In this document: in pieces, positions 1-9,577 of the stretch
How the letters are laid out: every line of letters begins with the position of its first letter
How positions within the stretch are numbered: position 1 is the stretch's first letter
Assembly: GCA_965200875.1 (NCBI GenBank)
Contig: OZ241456.1
Span: 384,001 to 448,000, forward strand
Direction: 5' to 3'
Source of the DNA: Bdellovibrionales bacterium
GTDB lineage: Bacteria; Bdellovibrionota; Bdellovibrionia; Bdellovibrionales; UBA1609
Length of the DNA: 64,000 nucleotides
Translations under genes and position numbers: made by a program
The notes under the pieces: model-generated
Told to the model about the DNA's origin: nothing
The model's input: only the letters and a program-made list of their open reading frames with translations
The model's database searches: none

Positions 1-262
1 TTTTTTGCGCACTCTTCTTTATAGGATCTTGGCTCTGAATCATTAAAATACAAAAAATTGGATCAAGGTCGGGAAAAATTTGATTTAATGTGCTGAAAAC
101 AGAGATGAAAAAGGGGCTGAAAAAAGTCATTTTTTTGAAAATTTTTATTCAAACTTGACAACATACAAGTATTATCAGACAATAATTTTTAGTTGACAAC
201 ACAAAATCAGAAAATTTGATTGAGTATATAATTTTGCCTCTTAACCCACTTAAGAGGGAATT

Positions 263-463
263 ATGAATCCTCCAAAGGAACTTAAAAATTCTGATTTGAA
301 ATATATATCAGAAGAGAGAAAAAAAGAAGTTGAGCAGGTTTTCCAAACTCTTGGAATACTACAAAAAGAGAATCTCCTTGACTATTCTGAAGGTTATAAT
401 ACTCCATTCAGACAACTTTCTGTCTTAAAAAATGAAACCATAATTTTTAGTGGTTATGGTTAA
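263..463 (+). CDS. small hypothetical protein (66 aa), opposite to the pur genes
   Basis: ATG ORF with GAGGG SD-like site just upstream; no recognisable family. Confidence 0.45.
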   Translation: MNPPKELKNSDLKYISEERKKEVEQVFQTLGILQKENLLDYSEGYNTPFRQLSVLKNETIIFSGYG

Positions 464-487
464 TTATGCCTAATTGGTTGGAAAAAA

Positions 488-1162
488 TTAAAGATCTTTA
501 AAGAACAGAGTGCCATCTGAGCTTCCCATCCACTCTGCCATAGCTCTTTCTGGATGAGGCATCAAGCCCGCCACATTTTTCTTTTCATTCATCACACCGG
601 CTATACTTCCCACAGAACCGTTGGGGTTATTTTTGTACTTCCACCAAATTTGTTCCTGATCTTCCAGCTGTTTTATTCCATCTTCATCAATGTAAAAACA
701 GCCTTCCTTATGTGCGATGGGAATACGAATAGTTTTTTTTGTCATTCCATTTCCTCCTCCCCACTCTTGGCAAGAATGACAAAGCTCAAGCTCTACCCAT
801 TCATCAATAAAACGAAGGCTTTTATTAATTTTTAAAACTCCTTTCAAAAGACCCGCTTCACATAAAATTTGAAAACCGTTGCATATTCCTAAAACCGGCC
901 ACCCCTCTTGAGCCACTTTATGAATATCCTGCATAGCTGGAGAATGTGCTGACAAAGCCCCCGCCCGAAGATAGTCTCCATAAGAAAACCCCCCTGGCAA
1001 AACAAAAGCCGAATAATCTTTCGGAGAAAATCTGTCTGTATGCCATATCTTTTTTGCAGGCTGGTTTACACTCTCCAGAGCCTTCAAAACATCCTGATCA
1101 CATTGAGTGCCTGGAAAAACCAACACTCCAACCGGTTTTTTACTCACAATACTTTTTTTCAT
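488..1162 (-). CDS. purQ: phosphoribosylformylglycinamidine synthase subunit PurQ
   Basis: FPGTQCD, LPGGFSYGDYLR, GICNGFQIL, MPHPER motifs. Confidence 0.97.
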   Translation of the reverse strand: MKKSIVSKKPVGVLVFPGTQCDQDVLKALESVNQPAKKIWHTDRFSPKDYSAFVLPGGFSYGDYLRAGALSAHSPAMQDIHKVAQEGWPVLGICNGFQILCEAGLLKGVLKINKSLRFIDEWVELELCHSCQEWGGGNGMTKKTIRIPIAHKEGCFYIDEDGIKQLEDQEQIWWKYKNNPNGSVGSIAGVMNEKKNVAGLMPHPERAMAEWMGSSDGTLFFKDL

Positions 1163-1204
1163 AGTCTTTGGTTCTCTTGTTTGTTTTTCTGATGATTTTC
1201 GTGA

Positions 1205-1459
1205 TTATTCTGGTTTGTCAGATAAAATTTCCAACTCATAAGTTTCCAAAAGAGGGTTGCATAACACTGACTTCGCCATTTTTTTCGCTTCACCCAAAGC
1301 AAATTCTAGGTCATCTGTATGGATTGTCAATCTGATAAATTTTCCGTACTGACAATTTTTAATGGCCCTACCCTGTCGCTTTAGCATATCTGCTATAGCA
1401 CGACCCTGCACATCCAATACTTCCTTTTTAGGTAAAATTTTAACTCCCACTATTATCAT
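1205..1459 (-). CDS. purS: FGAM synthase subunit PurS
   Basis: VLDVQG...LCNPLLETY pattern, 84 aa, between purC and purQ. Confidence 0.92.
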   Translation of the reverse strand: MIIVGVKILPKKEVLDVQGRAIADMLKRQGRAIKNCQYGKFIRLTIHTDDLEFALGEAKKMAKSVLCNPLLETYELEILSDKPE

Positions 1460-2187
1460 TTTCCCATTTTCCTTTGTAAATAATCATACACTTTTTTATA
1501 GGATTCTTCCACTCCACCTAAGTCCAAGCGGAAGCGATCTTTATCCATTTTTTCTCCTGTTTGCTTGTCCCACAAACGACAGGAGTCACAGGAAATTTCA
1601 TCAGCCAATACAAATACTTTCTTTTTCAAAGTGCCAAACTCCAGTTTAAAGTCAATAAGTTCTATTTCCGCTGAATCAAAAAAATTTTTTAATTTCTGGT
1701 TCACCCGCAAAGCCTGCTTTTTTAAAATATCCATTTCCTTTCTTTCGGCAACAAAGTTAAAAAGCACTGCCTGATCTGTACTAACAAAAGGATCTCCTAA
1801 GCTGTCGTTTTTATAATAAAACTCCACCAATGGTTCTGAAAGTACTTGGCCTTCGGGGAATTGAAATTTCCTAGCCGTGGAACCAGCCAAGCGGTTTCTT
1901 ACCACTACCTCCAAAGGAATTATTTGCAAGCCTTGGCAAATCATTCCTGATTTATCCACATCCGCCACCCAATGCGTTTTTATCTCTTCTTTCTTGAGAA
2001 AGCGAAACACAAGAGAGCTGGTATCTCTGTTTAAAGTGCCTTTTCCTTTAAAGCTGGATTTTTTTTTCCCGTTAAAGGCTGTTAAATTATCTTTGAACTC
2101 CATCCATATCAGATGAGGATGATCTTTAACTCCATAAATACTCTTTCCTTTTCCTTCACTGAAAAAATCTCCTTTTATCCATTTCAT
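1456..2187 (-). CDS. purC: SAICAR synthase
   Basis: EGKGK, IPLEVVVRN, DFKLEFG, LADEISCDSCRLWD, DKDRFR. Confidence 0.97.
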   Translation of the reverse strand: MKWIKGDFFSEGKGKSIYGVKDHPHLIWMEFKDNLTAFNGKKKSSFKGKGTLNRDTSSLVFRFLKKEEIKTHWVADVDKSGMICQGLQIIPLEVVVRNRLAGSTARKFQFPEGQVLSEPLVEFYYKNDSLGDPFVSTDQAVLFNFVAERKEMDILKKQALRVNQKLKNFFDSAEIELIDFKLEFGTLKKKVFVLADEISCDSCRLWDKQTGEKMDKDRFRLDLGGVEESYKKVYDYLQRKMGK

Positions 2188-2211
2188 TTTATTTTCCTCA
2201 ACCCCGCGCTT

Positions 2212-3519
2212 TTACTTTACCTGACTTTGTTTTAAAATGACTTGTATTTGTTTTGCGATTTGCTTTTTTCGTTTCTCCAAAGAAAATTTTTCTTTAATCT
2301 CTTCCGGCTTAAGGTATTTTAAAACAGTTTTGTTTTTTAGTAATTGCTCTTGGAAAGATTCTCCTGATTTAAGAGCAAAGCTTATTTTTTGAATTAACTC
2401 GTAAGCCTGAAACCTCGACATGCCTCTTTGTACAAGAGTCGTTAAAAGTAAAGAAGAGAACACCACTTCTCCACTGGACTTCAGGTTTTCAAGCATTCGG
2501 TTTTCATTAATACATAAGTTCTCCATTATCTCCGCCATGCGGTTTAAAGCAAAATCACAGAGAATAAAAGAAGAGGAAAACATAAGCCTCTCCACAGAAG
2601 AGTGAGAAATATCTCTTTCATGCCACAAAACAGTATTTTCCAAAGCTGGAACAGTGTAAGAACGAATCAAACGGGAAAGTCCTGTAATATTTTCAGAATA
2701 AATAGGGTTTTTTTTATGAGGCATGGCACTGGAACCCGTTTGACCGGGAGCAAAACCTTCAGATACCTCTGCCACCTCAGATCGCTGAAGATGACGAATC
2801 TCCACTGCTAGGCGCTCTAAACCGCTGGCTGTCATGGCAAGAGACAAAATTACCTCTGCATGACGATCTCTCGGCACTATCTGTGTTGCAGTTGGCTCTG
2901 CAGAAAGATTAAGAGCTTGGCAAATTTTTTGTTCCAACTCAGGAGAAAGTGCACTGTAAGCACCCACCGCCCCACTGAACTTTCCCACCATTGTTTGCTT
3001 AAGGGCGCGAAACACTCTCTGCTCATTCCTCTGAAGTTCCATTAAATAACCGGTGAGTTTCCAGCCAAAAGTAAGAGGTTCTGCCACCATCCCATGTGTT
3101 CTGCCACAACAAAGAGTTTCTGCGTGTTTCTCGCTAAGCGTAAGCAAGATTTTTTTCAAGCGGACAAAAGATCTTTTTAAAACTTCACTGGCTGAAGAAA
3201 GCAACAAAGCCAGTGCAGAATCCAGCACATCAGAGGAGGTAAGCCCCCAGTGGACATACGCGCCTTCTGAACCACCCACTTTATCGGCCACTTCCTGCAC
3301 GAAGGCCGTCACATCGTGTCGGGTCTTTTTTTCGTTCTTTACTATATTGTTTAACTCAAAATCCGCTTTTTCCTGAATGGCCTGAGCAGAAGTTCCGGGA
3401 ATCAACCCCATTTCCGCTTGAGCAAGTGCCACCGCTTTTTCCACTTGTAGCATTTTTCGAAAACGATTCTCTTGAGTCCACACTTGACCCATTTCTTTTC
3501 TGGTGTATCTTTCCAACAT
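2212..3519 (-). CDS. purB: adenylosuccinate lyase
   Basis: GSSAMPHKKNP signature, HWGLTSSD, WHERDISHSSVER. Confidence 0.97.
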   Translation of the reverse strand: MLERYTRKEMGQVWTQENRFRKMLQVEKAVALAQAEMGLIPGTSAQAIQEKADFELNNIVKNEKKTRHDVTAFVQEVADKVGGSEGAYVHWGLTSSDVLDSALALLLSSASEVLKRSFVRLKKILLTLSEKHAETLCCGRTHGMVAEPLTFGWKLTGYLMELQRNEQRVFRALKQTMVGKFSGAVGAYSALSPELEQKICQALNLSAEPTATQIVPRDRHAEVILSLAMTASGLERLAVEIRHLQRSEVAEVSEGFAPGQTGSSAMPHKKNPIYSENITGLSRLIRSYTVPALENTVLWHERDISHSSVERLMFSSSFILCDFALNRMAEIMENLCINENRMLENLKSSGEVVFSSLLLTTLVQRGMSRFQAYELIQKISFALKSGESFQEQLLKNKTVLKYLKPEEIKEKFSLEKRKKQIAKQIQVILKQSQVK

Positions 3520-3636
3520 GAACTGTCCCCTTTCAATTTATTTATTGCTGATATAATTTCTTACAGACTCTTCATAATGGAGTCCGTCAGCAAAATCAAT
3601 ATAAAAACTTGCCGGTGCAAATTGCTCTTGTTTTCT

Positions 3637-4473
3637 CTATTGCTGTATTTTATTGGTGTATTTTTCCAGAATATGGTCAGCCAATTCTAGGAAAGACAAA
3701 CCCTCTTCGGAATCAGGATAGCTTTCCATAAAAGGTACACCGCTTTCACAACTCAACCCCACATCAGGATGAAAAGGGATACTGCTTAATTTTTTAATAT
3801 TGTTTGTTTTTAAATAAATATCCAGCTGTCCTTTGGGAAATAAATCAATAGGTTCTTCATCCTGTCTTACTTTAAAAGAAGACATATTTTCCACAACTCC
3901 CAAACAAGGGATTTTCAAGTGTGCCAACATATTTAAAGCTTTTTTTGCATCTGCCAAAGCAATATTTTGAGGAGTACATACCACTATACCACCGGATACA
4001 GGTGTTTTTTGGGCCAGGGTTAACACCACATCCCCCGTACCGGGCGGAAGATCCACTATTAAATAATCCAGTTCTCCCCAGTCCACTTCGTTTAAAAACT
4101 GGCCAATAGCTTTAAACAACATGGGGCCACGCCATATTACAGGTAAATCTTCTTTCACTAAAAATCCCATGCTCATTAATTTAATGCCAAAGCGGTTAAG
4201 GGGAATCACTTTTTTGTTTTCAGAATTGATATCTGTCTTTTGATTTAAACATCCCATCATACGGGGCAGGGAAGGTCCATAGAGATCTGCGTCTAGGAGA
4301 CCCACTTTTAGGGTGGTGGATTTTTTTTTAAAAGCCAAAGCTAGATTTAAAGCTACAGTGCTTTTTCCTACACCTCCTTTGCCGGAACCAATGGCTATAA
4401 TATACTTTACCCCTGGAATTTCAGCTTGTTGATCAAAAGGGTTTTTCCCTGTGTTCGAAGCTTGTGTTTTCAT
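3637..4473 (-). CDS. mrp: Mrp/ApbC/NBP35 family Fe-S cluster carrier ATPase
   Basis: GKGGVGKST, DADLYGPS, WRGPML, DLPPGTGD, ENMS. Confidence 0.93.
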   Translation of the reverse strand: MKTQASNTGKNPFDQQAEIPGVKYIIAIGSGKGGVGKSTVALNLALAFKKKSTTLKVGLLDADLYGPSLPRMMGCLNQKTDINSENKKVIPLNRFGIKLMSMGFLVKEDLPVIWRGPMLFKAIGQFLNEVDWGELDYLIVDLPPGTGDVVLTLAQKTPVSGGIVVCTPQNIALADAKKALNMLAHLKIPCLGVVENMSSFKVRQDEEPIDLFPKGQLDIYLKTNNIKKLSSIPFHPDVGLSCESGVPFMESYPDSEEGLSFLELADHILEKYTNKIQQ

Positions 4474-4497
4474 ATTTACCCTCTTGTTTTTTTATTG

Positions 4498-5157
4498 CTA
4501 AAATTCAATGGTTTTTACTTGATGGCTGACTTTTAAAGTGGCAGAAGTGATTTTTTTCACCTCTTCAATAGTAATGCCCGGTGCGGTTTCCTGTAAAACA
4601 AAACCTTCTTCTGGAATAACATCAATCACAGCATAGTCCGTGACGACACGATTAACGCAATTTAAACCTGTTAAAGGCAAGGAACATTTTTCCAAAATCT
4701 TTGAATTTCCTTTTTTATCAGTATGTTGCATGGCTACAATGACTTTTTTAGTTCCTGCCACCAGATCCATAGCACCCCCCATGCCTTTTACCATTTTTCC
4801 CGGAACCATCCAGTTGGCGATAGCCCCTGTCTGATCCACTTGTAAAGCCCCCAGAACACTTAAGTCAATATGTCCTCCACGAATCATGGCAAAGCTTTCC
4901 GCTGAGGAAAAAAAACTAGCTCCCTTTACCGCAGTGACTGTTTGCTTTCCGGCGTTTATCAGATCAGCGTCTTCTGCTCCGTCCAAAGGGAAAGGGCCAA
5001 GGCCCAGAAGACCATTTTCACTATGAAGCATGACCTTTATATTATCAGGAATGAAGTTGCTTACCAAAGTGGGAATACCGATTCCTAAGTTAACCGTAAA
5101 ACCATCTTCAATTTCCTGTGCAATTCTTTTTGCGATTTGATTTCTGTCGAGTGGCAT
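4498..5157 (-). CDS. scoB: 3-oxoacid CoA-transferase subunit B
   Basis: [12 protein letters not shown] catalytic motif, GMGGAMDL. Confidence 0.93.
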   Translation of the reverse strand: MPLDRNQIAKRIAQEIEDGFTVNLGIGIPTLVSNFIPDNIKVMLHSENGLLGLGPFPLDGAEDADLINAGKQTVTAVKGASFFSSAESFAMIRGGHIDLSVLGALQVDQTGAIANWMVPGKMVKGMGGAMDLVAGTKKVIVAMQHTDKKGNSKILEKCSLPLTGLNCVNRVVTDYAVIDVIPEEGFVLQETAPGITIEEVKKITSATLKVSHQVKTIEF

Positions 5158-5221
5158 AATTTTCCTTTTTTTTATTTGTAGCGTGTTTTACTGTATCAAC
5201 ACTTTCTTTTTTATTTCAAAG

Positions 5222-5920
5222 TCAGCTTTGTGCTCTTATTGTTCTTTGTTCTATTCTTTTTTCATGTTTTTTTCCCTGGAAAATTCTTTGTACGAAAAGA
5301 CCTGGAGTATGAATAGTATCAGGTGCCAATTCTCCTGTTTCCACCAATATTTCCACTTCAGCAACAGTGATTTTTCCGGCTGTGGCCATAACGGAATTAA
5401 AGTTACGAGCAGTATGACGATAGATTAAGTTGCCGAATTTGTCTCCTTTGTAAGCTTTTACCAAAGCAAAATCCCCTTTGAGGGCTTTCTCCAATAAATA
5501 TTCTTTTCCGGCAAAAGTTTTAACTTCTTTTCCTTCCGCCACCTTGGTTCCCACTCCGGTAGGGGTGTAAAAAGCTGGTATACCAGCACCGCCAGCGCGG
5601 ATTCTTTCCGCTAAAGTACCTTGAGGAACCAGCTCCACTTCCAATTCACCATCTAAAAATTGTTTTTCAAAAATCAAATTTTCTCCCACATAACTAGCCA
5701 CCATTTTTTTGATTTGGCGGGTTTGCAATAAAAGCCCTAAGCCGAAATCGTCCACACCGGCGTTGTTGGAAACACAAGTAAGATTTTTAATGCCTTTTTC
5801 GCGAATGGCGGAAATAAGATTTTCCGGAATCCCGCAAAGGCCAAAGCCCCCTACCAATAAAACAGAAGAGTCTTTTATATCAAAAACTGCTGTCTCCGCA
5901 TTTTTAAAAACTTTGTTCAT
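5222..5920 (-). CDS. scoA: 3-oxoacid CoA-transferase subunit A
   Basis: [36 protein letters not shown]. Confidence 0.94.
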   Translation of the reverse strand: MNKVFKNAETAVFDIKDSSVLLVGGFGLCGIPENLISAIREKGIKNLTCVSNNAGVDDFGLGLLLQTRQIKKMVASYVGENLIFEKQFLDGELEVELVPQGTLAERIRAGGAGIPAFYTPTGVGTKVAEGKEVKTFAGKEYLLEKALKGDFALVKAYKGDKFGNLIYRHTARNFNSVMATAGKITVAEVEILVETGELAPDTIHTPGLFVQRIFQGKKHEKRIEQRTIRAQS

Positions 5921-6025
5921 ATTTTTAAGTCTTTCATTTTGATTTTTTATTGGATAAATTATTTCTTACATTTTTTCCGGCAAAAGAGCCAGCACTTCCC
6001 CACCTAAATCTGCATTTTTCAACAA

Positions 6026-7189
6026 TTACAGTTTTTCCACCAAAAGGGCCACGGCTTCTCCGCCTCCTAAGCATAAGCTGGCTATTCCATATTTTTTGTT
6101 ATGATGATGGAGAGCATGTATCAAGGTGGTGAGGATGCGCGCGCCACTAGCTCCCAAGGGGTGGCCCAAAGCTACAGCACCGCCATGTATGTTGAGTTTT
6201 TCAGCTGGAATACATAGCTCTTTAGAGACCGCTAAAGCCACAACGGAAAAAGCTTCGTTGATTTCAAACAAATCAATTTCAGAAAGTTTCATACTGGCAT
6301 TTTGCAAACAGTTCTTTATGGCTTGGACAGGAGCTGTCGTAAAGTATTCCGGTGCTTGCGCAAAAGAACCTTGTGCAACAATACGAACCAAAGGCTTTTT
6401 CTTTTCTGATTTCAGATATTGTTCTGAGACGAGCAAACAGGCGGAGGCACCATCGTTGATTTTACTGGCATTGGCCGGGGTTATGCTTCCGTCTTTTTCA
6501 AAAACAGGTTTGAGACGGGAGATTTTATCAAAGAGTACTTTGTCCGGCTCTTCGTCTTTATCCACTAGCCGATTTTGTTTTTTAGAGGGTACAGTCACGG
6601 TCACTATCTCTTTTTGAAACCAGCCTTCCTTTTGCGCTTTTTGCGCTTTTCGGTAACTTTTTATTGCAAATTCATCTTGTTGTTCCCGGCTGATTTTGTA
6701 CTCTCTGGCGCAAATTTCGCCGGCATTTCCCATCTGAAACTCATGATAAGGATCCCATAGGCCATCTTTAATAATTCCGTCCTCTAGGTTGGAGGGGCCA
6801 AAGCGAAGACCTGTTCTGACTTTAGGGAGAAGATAAGGGGTTAAGCTCATGTTTTCTTGGCCTCCGGCGACTGCGACATCGAAGCGACCCAGAGTAATGG
6901 AATCCTGAGCGAGCATAATAGCTTTTAAACCAGACCCGCAAACCTTATTGACAGTCATGCACTGAGTGGAGTTTTTCAGTCCGGCATAGATGGCGGATTG
7001 GCGGGCAGGGGACTGCCCCGCGCCGGCGGTCAATACCTGACCCATAATACATTCCTGTATATCCCCTTTCTGGGATTGCAGTAAGGAAGCAATTACTTGC
7101 GCCCCCAAGCGAGGAGCGGGAACAGAAGAAATAGCTCCCATAAAGGAACCAATAGCTGTTCTTTTAGCCGATAAGATATAAGTATTCAT
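6026..7189 (-). CDS. acetyl-CoA C-acetyltransferase (thiolase)
   Basis: VNKVCGSG, NEAF, GGAVALGHPLGASG, CLGGG. Confidence 0.96.
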   Translation of the reverse strand: MNTYILSAKRTAIGSFMGAISSVPAPRLGAQVIASLLQSQKGDIQECIMGQVLTAGAGQSPARQSAIYAGLKNSTQCMTVNKVCGSGLKAIMLAQDSITLGRFDVAVAGGQENMSLTPYLLPKVRTGLRFGPSNLEDGIIKDGLWDPYHEFQMGNAGEICAREYKISREQQDEFAIKSYRKAQKAQKEGWFQKEIVTVTVPSKKQNRLVDKDEEPDKVLFDKISRLKPVFEKDGSITPANASKINDGASACLLVSEQYLKSEKKKPLVRIVAQGSFAQAPEYFTTAPVQAIKNCLQNASMKLSEIDLFEINEAFSVVALAVSKELCIPAEKLNIHGGAVALGHPLGASGARILTTLIHALHHHNKKYGIASLCLGGGEAVALLVEKL

Positions 7190-7277
7190 GGTTGATATTT
7201 ACAGTATAATCCAAAAAACAATGTATGACACATACTGACCCAATAGTCTGGTTATTTATCTTTAAACCGGACTTTTT

Positions 7278-7305
7278 TTATCTTCTGCTATCTTAAAACC
7301 GATAA
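7278..7305 (+). promoter_or_regulatory. sigma28/FliA-like promoter
   Basis: TTATC-N16-CCGATAA, 23 bp before the ATG at 7329. Confidence 0.45.
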
Positions 7306-7328
7306 ATTTTCCATATAAGGTGATTTTT

Positions 7329-8138
7329 ATGATGAAAAAAAATCTGTTTATTATTCTGTTTTTTTTCTGTGGGTTAATAAACTCAAGTTCTGCCAAGGCT
7401 GATACTCGTTGGTCTCAAACTGAAAATACCACAAAAAAATCATGGTTAATAGCGGAAAACTCTACAGAAAAAAAGGAGGAATTAAACGCGTATGATCCTT
7501 TTGCAGACTATTCTGAGTTTGAAAATACAGCAGAAGAACAGGAAAATATCAATTTTTTTCAAACTGGCAGATTTCTCACTCTAGGAGTTTTAGGAGGAGT
7601 AAAATTATTCACCCTGAATATGGCCATTTTATACCAAATAGGTCCAGTTTATGGAGGATATTTAAACTATTTTTTTGATCTGCAATTTTCCATTCAATTC
7701 GGACTAACAGCCAGCACCCATGAAGTGATTTTACAAGATCAACAAGAGCTGAATTTTCTGGGAGCTGCTGATTTTTTGTCTATGGGCTTGGATTTTAAAT
7801 ATTTTTTTGACAAAAGTCTTTTTAGCAAAAACTTTTCCTGGTTACAACCTTATGTTTTTCTTGGAGTATTTAATGCCTCAGTGACAATGGTTGCCACATA
7901 CACCGATCAGCTCGGTTTTACTGAAGCTAGCGGATTTGGCCTAAATATGGGGTTGGGAATAGAATTACACTTTATGAAAAAAATCCATTTTGGGCTGGAA
8001 TACGCATTTAAATTCGTCACTTTGGAGAACGAAGCTATCCCACTTCGCTTAAATGTTGGAAATAACCAGCAAAACACCAATTTTAGACCTTATGGGGACT
8101 GGATGAATATTACTTTGCTATTAGGCGTCAATTTTTAA
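7329..8138 (+). CDS. outer membrane beta-barrel protein
   Basis: signal peptide ending AKA, alternating beta-strands, C-terminal Phe (LLLGVNF). Confidence 0.75.
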   Translation: MMKKNLFIILFFFCGLINSSSAKADTRWSQTENTTKKSWLIAENSTEKKEELNAYDPFADYSEFENTAEEQENINFFQTGRFLTLGVLGGVKLFTLNMAILYQIGPVYGGYLNYFFDLQFSIQFGLTASTHEVILQDQQELNFLGAADFLSMGLDFKYFFDKSLFSKNFSWLQPYVFLGVFNASVTMVATYTDQLGFTEASGFGLNMGLGIELHFMKKIHFGLEYAFKFVTLENEAIPLRLNVGNNQQNTNFRPYGDWMNITLLLGVNF

Positions 8139-8172
8139 AATACTTTTCATTTTTTTTATGTTACGCTTTTTT

Positions 8173-8195
8173 CAGGGCATGATTCAAGTGCCCTG
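8173..8195 (+). terminator. hairpin, possible terminator
   Basis: CAGGGCA-N9-TGCCCTG followed by TGTTTT. Confidence 0.4.
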
Positions 8196-8226
8196 TGTTT
8201 TAATACATCGTTGCTAAGGAGGTAAT

Positions 8227-8811
8227 ATGAAAAAAGCAATAATGGTTATATTAACCGGATTCTTTTCCTTGATAATGGCTTTGCCAGCACTTATGCCCAT
8301 CGTGACATACGCAGAAAGTGGTATGGATGATGGTATGAGAAAGAAAAGATACCGGTATAGAAAAAGAACCCACCGTATCCAAGTTGGAGTGGATGCCATC
8401 CCTTGGTCAAGTGAATCAAAGAGGAACATGAAATTTGGTATTGATTTTCTCTATGGATATAATGCCGGCCATTTTGAGATAGGGCCAAATATAAAGATCG
8501 AAAATGCTGGTGATGGAAGGATAAACCTAGGTTTCAGAGGTGGAATTTGGGGAGAATTTAACATGATAAAAAACACCAGAAAAGAAAAATTTGTCCCGGC
8601 TTTAGGTTTAAAAATTAACTACCAGAGAGAAGACAACAAAAATTATTTATTGTGGGGTCCTAATCTGGCTTTAAAATATTTTCCAGCTAGCAGAACAGGG
8701 CTTGTGTTCAATATAAGTTACGATATAAGGGATGAGTTTAGTAGCTTGTTTAAGCTTGAAGATATGCAATTTAACCTGTCATTGGCTTATGTTCATTACT
8801 TTAATTTTTGA
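8227..8811 (+). CDS. small outer membrane beta-barrel protein
   Basis: AGGAGG RBS, signal peptide, amphipathic strands, aromatic C-terminus (YVHYFNF). Confidence 0.75.
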   Translation: MKKAIMVILTGFFSLIMALPALMPIVTYAESGMDDGMRKKRYRYRKRTHRIQVGVDAIPWSSESKRNMKFGIDFLYGYNAGHFEIGPNIKIENAGDGRINLGFRGGIWGEFNMIKNTRKEKFVPALGLKINYQREDNKNYLLWGPNLALKYFPASRTGLVFNISYDIRDEFSSLFKLEDMQFNLSLAYVHYFNF

Positions 8812-8846
8812 TGGATTTTTTGAATCACATTATTAAGTGAGAATGT

Positions 8847-8878
8847 AAAAAGCCGGAAGATATCTTCCGGCTTTTTTT
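8847..8878. terminator. bidirectional intrinsic terminator
   Basis: perfect palindrome AAAAAGCCGGAAGATATCTTCCGGCTTTTT between convergent genes. Confidence 0.85.
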
Positions 8879-8898
8879 GTAGCTAATTTTTATATTCA

Positions 8899-9447
8899 TC
8901 ATTTGCATTGAAAAGTAATATCCGTGTATTCCCTAAAAACAGGCGCGGTTCTGGTGGTGGAATAGCTGTCGCTATGGCCGTGTTTTGAAGAGCTGTCCGA
9001 TTGGGAATAAACTCCCCCTATTGCCTTGCTGATAAGGCTACCTCCTGCCCCAGTATTACGGGAACCAGCACCATAACCGCTATGCGCACCCTGACCATAA
9101 CTGTCTCTTTGAGAACTATAGTCACTGTGATAAGAAGTGTCCGTGCGAGTTCCTAAGTTTTCTTTCTTCTCAGCAATAGTGTTTATAGTATATTTGCCCT
9201 CACAAAAATTTTTAATACTGCGCTTTACCGATTTCAGACCTTTTTTATGTGCTCTTTGCCAACTTGTAATAGCACCCGGTCTCTCGGAGTAAGTGGTTTC
9301 TCCGTACACAGTCAGCTCCACACGCCCTTTTTTAACCGGATTATATGCCCTCTCCTTAAACTCATGAGTCGCATGATAATAACGAAATGTGGTACAGGAT
9401 ACAGCAATAAATAGGTGGAACAAAATCATTGCAGATTTTAAATACAT
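8899..9447 (-). CDS. hypothetical lipoprotein with Ser/Gly-rich insert
   Basis: lipobox-like IAVSC, GGAGG RBS. Confidence 0.75.
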   Translation of the reverse strand: MYLKSAMILFHLFIAVSCTTFRYYHATHEFKERAYNPVKKGRVELTVYGETTYSERPGAITSWQRAHKKGLKSVKRSIKNFCEGKYTINTIAEKKENLGTRTDTSYHSDYSSQRDSYGQGAHSGYGAGSRNTGAGGSLISKAIGGVYSQSDSSSKHGHSDSYSTTRTAPVFREYTDITFQCK

Positions 9448-9577
9448 AATACCCTCCTTGTTTTCTTTTATTTGTACAGCTATTTCTTTTTAAAAACAAC
9501 TTATTTTGGAGGTCATCTGCCTTAAGAATTGGGCTTATTGAAATTCTCTGACGGACTTTTCTCCCCTTTAGGTTTTT

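Noticed and set aside
1..130. Minus-strand reading frame running off the left edge (possibly purL)
   Set aside because: Too short to recognise any motif
4320..4330. Poly-T/poly-A runs as phase-variation switches
   Set aside because: Such runs are ubiquitous in this AT-rich, Lys-rich sequence and the frames are intact
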